DNA from: Candidatus Woesebacteria bacterium
GTDB lineage: Bacteria > Patescibacteriota > Microgenomatia > UBA12405
Direction: 5' to 3'
Assembly: GCA_035450165.1 (NCBI GenBank)
Contig: DAOTMI010000002.1
Coordinates: 12,343 to 72,896 of the forward strand
DNA: 60,554 bases
Made by a program: the position numbers and the translations under genes. The notes below the pieces were generated by a model. The model saw nothing but the letters and a program-made list of their open reading frames with translations, was not told the origin of the DNA and did not search any database. Shown piece by piece: positions 44,302-53,665 of the stretch (the first letter of the stretch is position 1; each line of letters starts with the position of its first letter).

Positions 44302-45102
44302 ATGTTGGAAATTGTCAAGGAAATTAAGGCTATTCTCCGCCAGCATGAACTTCTTAAACAAATGATTAACCGGGAAATTAAGGCCCGTTACAAACAATCT
44401 ATCTTAGGATATTTTTGGGTTATTCTTAACCCTCTTTTCCAAATGCTGGTGATGAGTTTTGCTTTTTCTATTATTATGCGCGTTCCTACCAAAGCCGCTA
44501 ATAATATTCCTTACTCAATTTTTCTCTATGTGGCTCTTTTACCATGGAATTTATTTTCTAATTCGCTAACTTCTGCTTGTTCTGCCTTGGTCAATAATGC
44601 CTCACTAATCACCAAGATTTATTTTCCCCGGACTATTTTAGTCATAGCCACGATTATTGCTAAAATTGTCGATTTTCTCTTTGCTTCAATTATTCTCATT
44701 ATTTTCATGATTATTTACCATCTTTCGATCAATATTAATATTGTTTGGATAATCCCAATCTTCTTAATCCAACAAATTTTCACCCTTGGTTTGGCCTTAA
44801 TTGTCTCAGCCGCTAATCTCCTTTATCGGGACATTCAATATCTCCTTGGTCTTATTCTCCTTCTTTGGATGTACCTTACTCCGGTTATTTATCCAGTCGA
44901 TCTTGTTCCGGAAAAATTTCGTTTTATTTTTCAACTTAATCCAATGAGTGTTATTATTAACGCTTATCGCCAAACCATTCTCGGCGGGGGATCGCCGAAT
45001 TACCAAAGTCTGCTTCTCGCCTTTTTAGTTTCTCTGATTGTCCTTTTCCTAGGTTTTGTTTATTTTAAATGGCGAGAAAAAACCTTTGCTGATAACATTT
45101 AA
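44302..45102 (+). CDS. ABC-2 type polysaccharide/teichoic-acid export permease (Wzm/TagG-like)
   Basis: The N-terminus LLKQMINREIKARYKQSILGYFWVILNPLFQM is the canonical start of this family. The protein is 266 aa with 6 helices. Confidence 0.8.
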   Translation: MLEIVKEIKAILRQHELLKQMINREIKARYKQSILGYFWVILNPLFQMLVMSFAFSIIMRVPTKAANNIPYSIFLYVALLPWNLFSNSLTSACSALVNNASLITKIYFPRTILVIATIIAKIVDFLFASIILIIFMIIYHLSININIVWIIPIFLIQQIFTLGLALIVSAANLLYRDIQYLLGLILLLWMYLTPVIYPVDLVPEKFRFIFQLNPMSVIINAYRQTILGGGSPNYQSLLLAFLVSLIVLFLGFVYFKWREKTFADNI

Positions 45103-45104
45103 CC

Positions 45105-45833
45105 ATGACACCAATAATTAAATTTGAAAACGTTACTAAAAAATTTATCCTCCAAAACCAAAAAACTTTTAAAGAATTTCTACCGGCTTTATTTAGTCGT
45201 CAAAAAACCAAAAATAATTTATTGGCGTTGAGTAATATTTCTTTTACTATTTCTCCCGGGGAATCATTGGGCATTATTGGTCCCAACGGTTCTGGCAAAT
45301 CCACCATTTTAAAACTCATTGCTGGGGTAACCGCCCCCACCAGCGGCCGGGTTACAGTCAATGGTCGAGTTTCTCCTTTAATCGAATTAGGTGCCGGTTT
45401 TCATCCGGAGCTCTCCGGCCGAGAAAATATTTACCTCAATGGGGCCATCCTTGGTTTAAGCCAAAAGGAAATTGGCCGCAATTTTGACAGTATAGTAAAT
45501 TTTGCTGATCTCTGGGAATTTATTGACCAACCGATCAAACATTATTCATCTGGAATGTATATGCGTTTAGCCTTTGCTGTCGCGGTTCATACCAACCCTC
45601 AAATCCTGATTATTGATGAAATTTTAGCTGTCGGTGATGCTGAATTTCAGGAAAAATGTTTTCAACGGATGGAAGAATTTAAACGAAGCGGAGTCACTAT
45701 TATTTTTGTTTCCCACAGTTTAGGTCAAATAGAAAACTTTTGTCATCGGGTCCTACATGTGCAACACGGTCAGCTTATCGCTGACGGCCCGGCCGGAGAA
45801 ATCTGTCAGCAGTATCAAGCAACTCTTACTTGA
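45105..45833 (+). CDS. ABC exporter ATPase (Wzt/TagH-like, short form without a C-terminal glycan-binding domain)
   Basis: Walker A GPNGSGKST, signature YSSGMYMRLAFA, Walker B LIIDEILAVGD. Confidence 0.85.
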   Translation: MTPIIKFENVTKKFILQNQKTFKEFLPALFSRQKTKNNLLALSNISFTISPGESLGIIGPNGSGKSTILKLIAGVTAPTSGRVTVNGRVSPLIELGAGFHPELSGRENIYLNGAILGLSQKEIGRNFDSIVNFADLWEFIDQPIKHYSSGMYMRLAFAVAVHTNPQILIIDEILAVGDAEFQEKCFQRMEEFKRSGVTIIFVSHSLGQIENFCHRVLHVQHGQLIADGPAGEICQQYQATLT

Positions 45834-45836
45834 AAT

Positions 45837-47132
45837 TTATCTACCAATAGACAAATAGTGCCAGCCCATTTTTTTCATTGTCTCTTTATCAAAAATATTC
45901 CGACCATCAACTAAGTTGGGAGCTTTCATAACTGATTTTAATTTCTTCAAATCAACCTGCTTAAATTCTGGCCATTCTGTAACCACCACTAAACAATCCG
46001 CCCTTCTAGCCGCCTGATAACAATCAGTCTCAAAGTCAATTGCTTTGCCTAAAATTTTTTGGGCTTGTTCCCGGGCAATGGGGTCAAAAGCGACTACTTT
46101 AGCCCCTCGGTCTAATAATTGCTTAATAATAACTAAAGATGGTGCTTCCCGGAGATCATCTGTTTGAGGTTTAAAGGCTAATCCCCAAAGGGTAATTCTT
46201 TTAGTTGCCAAATCATTACCCACCAAAGACTGAATTTTAACTAAAAGTGATTGTTTTTGAGCTTCATTTGTCGCTTCGACAGCTTCCAAAATACTAAATC
46301 TTTCACCGTTTTCATGAGCAATTTGGATCAGGGCTTTAACGTCTTTAGGGAAACAACTGCCGCCATAACCAACGCCCGCTTCTAAAAAAGCGTATTGACC
46401 AATTCTTCTGTCTAATTTCATTCCCTCTGCCACTTTAGTCACATCAGCACCTAATTTCTCACAAATATTAGCAACTGAATTAATAAAGGAAATTTCTGTG
46501 GCTAAAAGAGCATTAGAAGCATACTTGATCATCTCGGCTGTTTTAATATCAGTAATCACCATCGGCGCCTTCAATGGCTTATAAAGATCAATCATAATCT
46601 TTTTCACTTTCTGTTTTCCATTGCCAATAACGATTCTTTCTGGCTTCATAAAATCACTAACTGCCGATCCTTCCCTTAAAAATTCAGGATTAGAAACGAC
46701 TTCAAAATCACCTGAATAAAACTGTTTAATAATCCTGGCAACCATATTGCCAGTGCCAATCGGCACCGTTGATTTATTTACAATAATCTTGGGACCATTC
46801 ATTACTTTACCAATACTCTCTGCAACCGTTTTAACGTAATCCAAATTAACCGTGCCATCTGGTAGGGAAGGGGTACCGACAGCGATAAAGATTATCTCTG
46901 ATTTTTTTACCGCTTCAGCCAGATTAATAGTAAACTCTAATCTTTTTTCTTTGATATTTTTGGTCACTAAATCCGCCAATCCTGGTTCGTAAATAGGAAT
47001 TTTACCCTTGTTAAGACCATTAATTTTTTGCTTATCGATATCGACACCGATCACCTGATTACCCATCTCAGCTAAACAGGTACCTGTTACTAAACCAACA
47101 TAACCAACACCAATAACTGTTATTTTCATCAT
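45837..47132 (-). CDS. ugd: UDP-glucose 6-dehydrogenase
   Basis: Contains MKITVIGVGYVGLVTG, EPGL, NPEFLREG and the catalytic GGSCFPKD. The likely start is the second ATG, at 47129. Confidence 0.85.
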   Translation of the reverse strand: MMKITVIGVGYVGLVTGTCLAEMGNQVIGVDIDKQKINGLNKGKIPIYEPGLADLVTKNIKEKRLEFTINLAEAVKKSEIIFIAVGTPSLPDGTVNLDYVKTVAESIGKVMNGPKIIVNKSTVPIGTGNMVARIIKQFYSGDFEVVSNPEFLREGSAVSDFMKPERIVIGNGKQKVKKIMIDLYKPLKAPMVITDIKTAEMIKYASNALLATEISFINSVANICEKLGADVTKVAEGMKLDRRIGQYAFLEAGVGYGGSCFPKDVKALIQIAHENGERFSILEAVEATNEAQKQSLLVKIQSLVGNDLATKRITLWGLAFKPQTDDLREAPSLVIIKQLLDRGAKVVAFDPIAREQAQKILGKAIDFETDCYQAARRADCLVVVTEWPEFKQVDLKKLKSVMKAPNLVDGRNIFDKETMKKMGWHYLSIGR

Positions 47133-47192
47133 AATTAATTATTTATTTCATAAATTTTAATATATCTTATAGTTATTTGTTATAAGTTTAAT

Positions 47193-48164
47193 TTATACTT
47201 TAGCCTGGCGATGCCATTGCCAAGCCGTTTCTACAATCACCTTTAAACTATCGAAAACCGGCTGCCAACCCAAAACGGCCACTGCTTTTTGACTATCAGC
47301 CACTAAAATTGGGGGATCACCCGGACGTCTGTCTCCTTCAACCACCGGATAATCAATACCGGTTACTTTCTTAGTCATAGCCACTACTTCCCTTACCGAA
47401 AACCCCTTGCCATTCCCCAAATTAAAAACTTCACTCTTTTTTTCTCTATCTAAAAATTTCAAGGCGGCGACATGAGCCGCAGCTAAATCAGTCACGTGGA
47501 TGTAATCCCGAATACAGGTACCATCTGGGGTAGGGTAATTAGTACCAAAAATAGTCAATTCTGCTTTTCTACCCATGGCTACTTCTAAAGCTATCGGTAC
47601 TAAATTAGCACTGCTGCCGGGCCATTCACCAACTTCAGCTTCAGGATCAGCCCCAACAGCGTTAAAATATCTCAATCTAACGGACAAAAAACCATAAGCC
47701 CTTTCATAATCGTTGAGAATTTTTTCCACCATTAATTTAGTTGTTCCATAGGTATTAATTGGATTAGTTGGATGTTTTTCATCAATTGGAATATACTGCG
47801 GCTCACCATAAACTGCTGCCGATGAAGAAAAAATAAACTTATTAATTCCATACTGTCTCATAACTTTTAATAATCTCAGGGTAGCACCAACATTATTTAA
47901 ATAATATTTTTCTGGCTCAATCATCGACTCACCGGCGGCTTTAAAAGCCGCAAAATGCATTACGGCTTCAATTTTATTCTCAGAAAATATTTTAGCTAAT
48001 AATGCTTCATCTCCCAAATTGCCTTTGATTAACTTACCCCACTTAACCAAGATCTCTTTTCCTGACGATAAATCATCTAAGACTAAAGTTTCATAACCTT
48101 GTCGGGTTAATTCTTTATTAACGTGGGAACCAATGTAGCCAGCCCCGCCAACAATTAAAATCAT
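47193..48164 (-). CDS. galE: UDP-glucose 4-epimerase
   Basis: Contains ILIVGGAGYIGSH, FSSSAAVYG, YGTTKLMVE and DGTCIRDYIHV. The length of 323 aa fits. Confidence 0.85.
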   Translation of the reverse strand: MILIVGGAGYIGSHVNKELTRQGYETLVLDDLSSGKEILVKWGKLIKGNLGDEALLAKIFSENKIEAVMHFAAFKAAGESMIEPEKYYLNNVGATLRLLKVMRQYGINKFIFSSSAAVYGEPQYIPIDEKHPTNPINTYGTTKLMVEKILNDYERAYGFLSVRLRYFNAVGADPEAEVGEWPGSSANLVPIALEVAMGRKAELTIFGTNYPTPDGTCIRDYIHVTDLAAAHVAALKFLDREKKSEVFNLGNGKGFSVREVVAMTKKVTGIDYPVVEGDRRPGDPPILVADSQKAVAVLGWQPVFDSLKVIVETAWQWHRQAKV

Positions 48165-48168
48165 CGAT

Positions 48169-49074
48169 CTATTTTAACATTAATAAACCACCAATCAATG
48201 AATTTAAGACTCCAATAATCCCAATAAAAGCACTGGCGGCAACAACCTTTTCCGGCTGTCCTCCCATTTGGGTGAAAAAAAACAAAAACAATTGTTCTCT
48301 CGCGCCAAAACCAGCCACCGAAATAGGTAAAACTAAAACTGCCGATATTATAGGAAGAATTATCATGGCAGACCAAAAACTAATGGTTGTTCCAAAAACC
48401 CGGAGACAAACCCAAGTGGGAACTGCCCATAGAATTTGGCCAACAATAGACAAAATTAAACCACGAATAATTACCCGATGATTCTCCTTCCTCAAACACT
48501 CAATTAGAGAGGTTAATTTCCTTCCCCACAAATATTTTTCAAAATGAATAAAATTAATTATAATTAAAAAAATAATCATTGCTCCTAAACCAAAACTAAA
48601 AAGCCATAAAAGATAGATAGGGAACGGAATTTTAAAAAAATAACCGGCAACAGCTACTAAAAAGGCAACGATAAGAAATCCCATGCCGCCGATAATTCTA
48701 TCAGTTAAAACCGAAAGGCCGATTTTGGCTTTGCTAATCTTTTTGTATTTAGAAATTAAGGGCAGCCATTTAAGAAGATCACCGGCAACAGCAGTCGGAA
48801 AAACCAATCCGTAAAAAGAGCCAATATAATTCGATTTAACAAAATTCCAAGTATCAGCCCATTTGGCCTCATTACCCAATAAAACCAAACTCCAACGCCG
48901 GCCGGCTAAAAAATTGGTTAAAAAAAGATAGGCGACTAGGGCAATTGCCAGCCACCATGGAGCTTGGGCTAATTCTTTCCCCACTGCTCTAAAATCTACC
49001 CTAATCCAAACAAGATAAATCAAAAAAAAACTTAAGAGAATTTTCCACCAAACTTTTTTCATCTTTCCATTCAT
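48169..49074 (-). CDS. UPF0104 / lysyl-PG-synthase-TM-region-like (flippase-like) membrane protein
   Basis: About 300 aa with 8 helices, a family-typical N-terminus (KILLSFFLIYLVWIRVDF) and a conserved R-W/G pattern. The start may be the ATG at 49062. Confidence 0.5.
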   Translation of the reverse strand: MNGKMKKVWWKILLSFFLIYLVWIRVDFRAVGKELAQAPWWLAIALVAYLFLTNFLAGRRWSLVLLGNEAKWADTWNFVKSNYIGSFYGLVFPTAVAGDLLKWLPLISKYKKISKAKIGLSVLTDRIIGGMGFLIVAFLVAVAGYFFKIPFPIYLLWLFSFGLGAMIIFLIIINFIHFEKYLWGRKLTSLIECLRKENHRVIIRGLILSIVGQILWAVPTWVCLRVFGTTISFWSAMIILPIISAVLVLPISVAGFGAREQLFLFFFTQMGGQPEKVVAASAFIGIIGVLNSLIGGLLMLK

Positions 49075-49082
49075 ATTATACT
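49075..49082. promoter_or_regulatory. Overlapping divergent -10 boxes in a 15-nt intergenic gap
   Basis: On the plus strand, TATACT (49077..49082) lies 7 nt before the GTG at 49090. On the minus strand, TATAAT (49075..49080) abuts the ATG at 49074 and lies 12 nt before the ATG at 49062. Confidence 0.4.
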
Positions 49083-49089
49083 AAGAGAA

Positions 49090-49530
49090 GTGAAAAAAAA
49101 ACTTTTGATCTTTATCTTGCTATTCTCGATTATCTTATCAGTCATGACCGTTTTTTCCCGAAAAAATACTCATCAATTAATCATTAATGGCAGGAATTAT
49201 CAAATAGAATATGCCCTAACTGAGGCCCAAATTACCAAAGGACTTTCTGGTCGAACTTCTCTTTGCTCTAACTGCGGCATGCTTTTTGTTTTCAATAATG
49301 AAGGAATTTTACCATTTTGGATGAAAGATACTCTGATTCCTCTTGATATAATCTGGATTGACGGTAGCGGCAAAATAGTTCATTACGTTAACGCCACCAC
49401 CACTAATTCCCTTGAAACCTATCAAAATTCTATTCCGGCTAGGTATGTTTTGGAGCTTAATTCGGGTGATTTTAATAAATTAGGTTTAAAAATCGGCGAT
49501 GAAATTCTCAATTATCATTCCCAATTATAA
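49090..49530 (+). CDS. DUF192-domain secreted protein
   Basis: An N-terminal signal or anchor, then GLSGR....CGMLFVF....FWMKDTLIPLDIIWID..GKIV. Confidence 0.7.
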   Translation: MKKKLLIFILLFSIILSVMTVFSRKNTHQLIINGRNYQIEYALTEAQITKGLSGRTSLCSNCGMLFVFNNEGILPFWMKDTLIPLDIIWIDGSGKIVHYVNATTTNSLETYQNSIPARYVLELNSGDFNKLGLKIGDEILNYHSQL

Positions 49531-50407
49531 CGGGGCTGCTCTTTTAGAAGACTGCATTAAATCATTGGGTTTATCCAATGAATTAATTATCATCGACAAC
49601 GGCTCAAAAGATAATAGTCTTAAAAAAATTAATGAATTAAAACATTCTCTGAAAATTAAAAATTGCAAATTAATTATTAATCAAACTAATTATGGATTTG
49701 CTGCCGCTGTCAACCAAGGCATCAAAGCCGCTAAGTATAACTACGTGGTTATTGCTAACAATGATTTGGTCATTGATAAAAATTGGTTCAAATACATCAG
49801 CCAGGCAATTAAAAAATACCCTAAGGTCGCTTGTTTTTGTGGCATTGTTTTAAATAAATCTGGAACTAAATATGAAAGTGCCGGCTTGAAATTCTTCTAT
49901 TCCGGTAAATGTCAGAACCTTAAAAACGGTGAAAAATTTATTCGGGCAGATACACCGGTCAGCCCCTACTACGTCTGGGGTTCCTCGGCCGCTTTGGTCG
50001 TCTACCAAAAATCGGTTTTAGAAAAAATTGGTTTTTTTGATGAAGACTTTTTTGCCTACGAGGAAGATGTTGATCTTGCCTTAAGATTAGATAAATTTGG
50101 TTATAAAACTTTATTGGTCCCTCAAGCAATTAGTTATCATCTTGGCGGTGGTACTAGTTCAAAAATGGGTAATTTAAGACAAATCAATGATTTCAGCAAC
50201 TGGATTTTTATTATTATCAAAAATTTTTCTTTTAAAGAAATTTTCCTTAATTTTCCACAAATTATTTATCAAAGATTAATAAATTTTATAGTTATTCCCC
50301 ATAAATCAATTAAAATTTTCAGGCGATTAAAATTAATCCCCAAAATGCTTAAAAAACGCCAAGAACTGCAAAATTTGCTAAAATCATCTCATGATCATTG
50401 GTATTGA
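49499..50407 (+). CDS. GT2 glycosyltransferase
   Basis: Motifs FSIIIPNYNG, IIIDNGSKDNS, NYGFAAAVNQG, IANNDLV and EEDVDLALR. Confidence 0.75.
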   Translation: MKFSIIIPNYNGAALLEDCIKSLGLSNELIIIDNGSKDNSLKKINELKHSLKIKNCKLIINQTNYGFAAAVNQGIKAAKYNYVVIANNDLVIDKNWFKYISQAIKKYPKVACFCGIVLNKSGTKYESAGLKFFYSGKCQNLKNGEKFIRADTPVSPYYVWGSSAALVVYQKSVLEKIGFFDEDFFAYEEDVDLALRLDKFGYKTLLVPQAISYHLGGGTSSKMGNLRQINDFSNWIFIIIKNFSFKEIFLNFPQIIYQRLINFIVIPHKSIKIFRRLKLIPKMLKKRQELQNLLKSSHDHWY

Positions 50408-51503
50408 CGTTTCGGCCGTTCCTTATGGCACCGGTGTTTCCAATTATACCCTGAATTTAGTCCGGCATTTAGTAAAAATCGACCATTCCAACCAATATAA
50501 ATTTTTTTTCTCCTCCCGCCGGTTAAAACTACCCCGAGAAATTCAAAAGCTAACTAAACATCAAAATGTTAAAATTTATTCCTTCCACTATCCTCTGAAA
50601 CTCCTGGAATTTATTTGGAATCGGTTAAGAATTTTTCCTATAGAATATTTCATTGGTCAATGCGATGTTTTTCATACTTCCGACTGGACTCAACCGCCAA
50701 CCCGAAAAGCCAAAAGCATTACTACAGTTCACGATCTAGTTCCCTTCCTTTTTCCCCAGTGGTCTGATCCCAAAATCGTTTCTGTCCATCGGCGGAAAAT
50801 GCGATTAGCTCTAAAATTCTGCCGTCATTTTATTTGTGTTTCTCAAAAAACTCGTAATGATCTTCTAAAAACTTTTCCCAAATTAGAACCCGATCGCACC
50901 AGCGTCATTTATGAAGCCGCTGAAGATAAATATGGAAAATTCAACGACAATAAAAAAACAATCATTCAAAAACAATATGGTTTGAACAAATATTTTCTGG
51001 TTCAAGGAACAAGGGAACCCCGTAAAAATTTAAAACGGATTATTGAAGCTTTTATTAAATATAAAAATAAAAATCCTAAATCTAAATATGAATTGGCTAT
51101 TACAGGCAAATACGGGTGGGGAGAGGATATTTCCTCTTTTAAACGACCAGATATTAAAATTCTTGGTTATATACCGGAAAGAAATATGGTAGCCCTTCAT
51201 GCCGCCGCAGTTTGTTTAGTTTATCCTTCACTTTATGAAGGTTTTGGTCTGCCGGTTGTCAAATCACTAAAGGTCAAGGTTCCAGTCATTACTTCAGTTA
51301 ATTCCGCTATGGCGGAAATTGCTGGTTCGGCTGCGCTTACAGTTAATCCTGAATCGGTTGATGAAATCACTTTAGCTTTAGAAAAAATTACCCGCGATTC
51401 TTCTCTCCGCTATCGTCTCATACAATCATCCCGAAGGGTTGCCTCAAAATATTCATGGGATAAAACAGCCAAATTAACTTTAGCCGTTTATCAAACATTA
51501 TGA
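50391..51503 (+). CDS. GT4 glycosyltransferase
   Basis: Motifs REPRKNL and YEGFGLPVVKSLKVKVPVITSVNSAMAEI. Confidence 0.75.
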   Translation: MIIGIDVSAVPYGTGVSNYTLNLVRHLVKIDHSNQYKFFFSSRRLKLPREIQKLTKHQNVKIYSFHYPLKLLEFIWNRLRIFPIEYFIGQCDVFHTSDWTQPPTRKAKSITTVHDLVPFLFPQWSDPKIVSVHRRKMRLALKFCRHFICVSQKTRNDLLKTFPKLEPDRTSVIYEAAEDKYGKFNDNKKTIIQKQYGLNKYFLVQGTREPRKNLKRIIEAFIKYKNKNPKSKYELAITGKYGWGEDISSFKRPDIKILGYIPERNMVALHAAAVCLVYPSLYEGFGLPVVKSLKVKVPVITSVNSAMAEIAGSAALTVNPESVDEITLALEKITRDSSLRYRLIQSSRRVASKYSWDKTAKLTLAVYQTL

Positions 51504-52594
51504 TTATCGGCATTGATGGTAATGAGGCTAATACTAAAAAACGAGTTGGCGCCGGCCAATATGCCTACAATATTCTCCTCGAACTCCATCGTCTTGATTC
51601 TAAAAACCAATACTATATTTATTTAAAAAATCAGCCGCTTCAAGATATGCCCATAATTAGCCATAATTGGCACTATCTTGTTTTCGGTCCTAAATTCCTC
51701 TGGACTAAATTAGCTCTTCCCTGGAAACTCTATACTCAAAAAATTAAATTAGATCTCTTTTTTTCCCTTAATCACTATTCGCCGTCGCTATCACCTTTTC
51801 CTACTATTCCTACTATTCATGATTTAGGTTATCTTAGCTATCCCCAGCAATTTAACCGCCGTGATCTTTATCAATTAATTCATTGGACCAGAAAATCAAT
51901 CCGAAAGGCAAAAAGAATTATCGCCGTCTCTCAATTTACCAAAAACGAAATTATCAAAACCTATCATACTCCTGCCAATAAAATCACCGTCGCTTATAAT
52001 GGCGTCGGAAAAGCTTTGGATATTTCTCCCCGTATCACAAGCAAAATCTTAAATAAGTTCAAGATTAAAAAACCCTTTTTCCTCTACTTGGGAACTTTAA
52101 AACCAAACAAAAATATCAATTTAATTATTAAAGCTATAACTCAATTACCCCATCACCAATTGGTTATTGCCGGCAAAAAGGGTTGGCTTTATCACGATAT
52201 TTTTCAATTGGTGATTGATTTAAAATTAGAGAATCGAGTAATTTTTACCGATTTTGTCAATGAAAGGGAAAAATGGGCTCTTTATAAAAATGCTGTCGCC
52301 TTAGTTATTCCCAGCCTTTATGAAGGTTTTGGTATTCCTGCTATTGAAGCTCAAAAAGGAGGGCTGCCGGTCATTGCCAGTCGAATTCCTATTTATGAGG
52401 AAATTTTAGGCAAATCAGCCTTGTTAATTAATCCCTTAAATTCGGATGAATTGGTTAACGCTTTTAAAACCGTTCAAAATGATGCGGTAGCCCAAAAACT
52501 TATTAAAGCTGGATTTAAAAACGCGGCTAAATTCACTTGGGCAAAAACCGCTCATTCTATATTAAAATGCTTCTATGATGCCAAAAATTCTTAA
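51500..52594 (+). CDS. GT4 glycosyltransferase
   Basis: Motifs GTLKPNKN and YEGFGIPAIEAQKGGLPVIASRIPIYEEI. Confidence 0.75.
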   Translation: MIIGIDGNEANTKKRVGAGQYAYNILLELHRLDSKNQYYIYLKNQPLQDMPIISHNWHYLVFGPKFLWTKLALPWKLYTQKIKLDLFFSLNHYSPSLSPFPTIPTIHDLGYLSYPQQFNRRDLYQLIHWTRKSIRKAKRIIAVSQFTKNEIIKTYHTPANKITVAYNGVGKALDISPRITSKILNKFKIKKPFFLYLGTLKPNKNINLIIKAITQLPHHQLVIAGKKGWLYHDIFQLVIDLKLENRVIFTDFVNEREKWALYKNAVALVIPSLYEGFGIPAIEAQKGGLPVIASRIPIYEEILGKSALLINPLNSDELVNAFKTVQNDAVAQKLIKAGFKNAAKFTWAKTAHSILKCFYDAKNS

Positions 52595-53132
52595 TCGCCT
52601 TCAAACCATTATTTTGGAGTTTTGGCTTTTAATTTTAAGAATTGTCGGTCATATTCCTTCCCATATGATTCGTAAGTTTTTTTACCTTCTTTCAGGCGTT
52701 AAAATGAATTACTTCAAATCAACCATCCATATAGGGGCCAATTTCTTCAAACCATCAGGGATAACCATCGGTCAAGATACTATTATCGGTGATCACTGTT
52801 TCCTCGACGGTCGAGCGCCCCTTAAAATTGGCAATCATGTCGGTATCGCCTCTCAGGTATTAATCTATAACGATGAACATGATATTAATAGCCCTACCTA
52901 CGGTAATTCTTTTGGACCAGTGGAAATTGGCGACTATGTTTTTATCGGGCCGCGAGTAATTATCCTTCCTGGTGTTAAAATTGGGCGGGGAGCAGTAATC
53001 GCCGCCGGAGCGGTGGTTACTAAAAATATTCCTGATTTTGAAATTTGGGGCGGGGTCCCCGCTCGAAAAATAGCCGATCGTCAAATTAAAAATCCCAGTT
53101 ACAAACTGGGTCGAGCAATGCTTTTTCAATGA
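52575..53132 (+). CDS. Hexapeptide-repeat (LbH) sugar O-acyltransferase (WcaF/MAT-like)
   Basis: Repeated [LIV]-G-x4 hexapeptides (IGDHCFLDG, IGNHVGIAS, IGDYVFIGP, IGRGAVIAAGAVV) ending in WGGVPARKI. Confidence 0.75.
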   Translation: MMPKILNRLQTIILEFWLLILRIVGHIPSHMIRKFFYLLSGVKMNYFKSTIHIGANFFKPSGITIGQDTIIGDHCFLDGRAPLKIGNHVGIASQVLIYNDEHDINSPTYGNSFGPVEIGDYVFIGPRVIILPGVKIGRGAVIAAGAVVTKNIPDFEIWGGVPARKIADRQIKNPSYKLGRAMLFQ

Positions 53133-53665
53133 AACATAAAAAATATCTTTTCCTGATTATTTTCAATCTAATCGCCGTCCTTTATCTAATTCAACCTGTT
53201 CCCAATCTTCCTGACCTTCCCCAATCGGTTAAATCATCTCTTCCGGGTGATACTATTCAAATTAGTCACGTTAGGGCCTATTTCACTAACCTTTCTCGAG
53301 CTGAAGTCATTGATTTCTATCGGACTCATTATCGGGGATTGGGTCGAATTATTATTAATCACCCGCCAGAAAAGGCTAAAGAAATCTTTGTTGACACTAT
53401 TCAAAGCTATTATCTTGAGGAATTTATTCTTCCTTTTAAAGAATCTCTTTATATTAATGGTTTTGAATGGGAAAATGATGTTTTTACTAAACCGGAAAAA
53501 AGAATTGCCAACAAACTAATCTACGAAAACCAAACTTTTAAATCAAAGGTAACTATCCGAACTTTTTCCACTTCAATCTCTCAGCGTTTGATGATGCTTT
53601 TGCTTACCGAAGCGATTCTCTTTTTTATCTGTAAATCATATCAATTTGGCCGACAGTTAAAATGA
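53129..53665 (+). CDS. Small bitopic membrane protein, unknown function
   Basis: 178 aa with the N-terminal helix YLFLIIFNLIAVLYLI and the C-terminal helix LMMLLLTEAILFFI. Confidence 0.4.
   Translation: MKHKKYLFLIIFNLIAVLYLIQPVPNLPDLPQSVKSSLPGDTIQISHVRAYFTNLSRAEVIDFYRTHYRGLGRIIINHPPEKAKEIFVDTIQSYYLEEFILPFKESLYINGFEWENDVFTKPEKRIANKLIYENQTFKSKVTIRTFSTSISQRLMMLLLTEAILFFICKSYQFGRQLK

Noticed and set aside
47133-47192. A specific promoter or terminator in the 60-nt AT-only gap between galE and ugd.
   Set aside because: Many overlapping TATAAT-like strings occur in pure A/T sequence, and there is no stem-loop. I cannot single out a credible element by eye.
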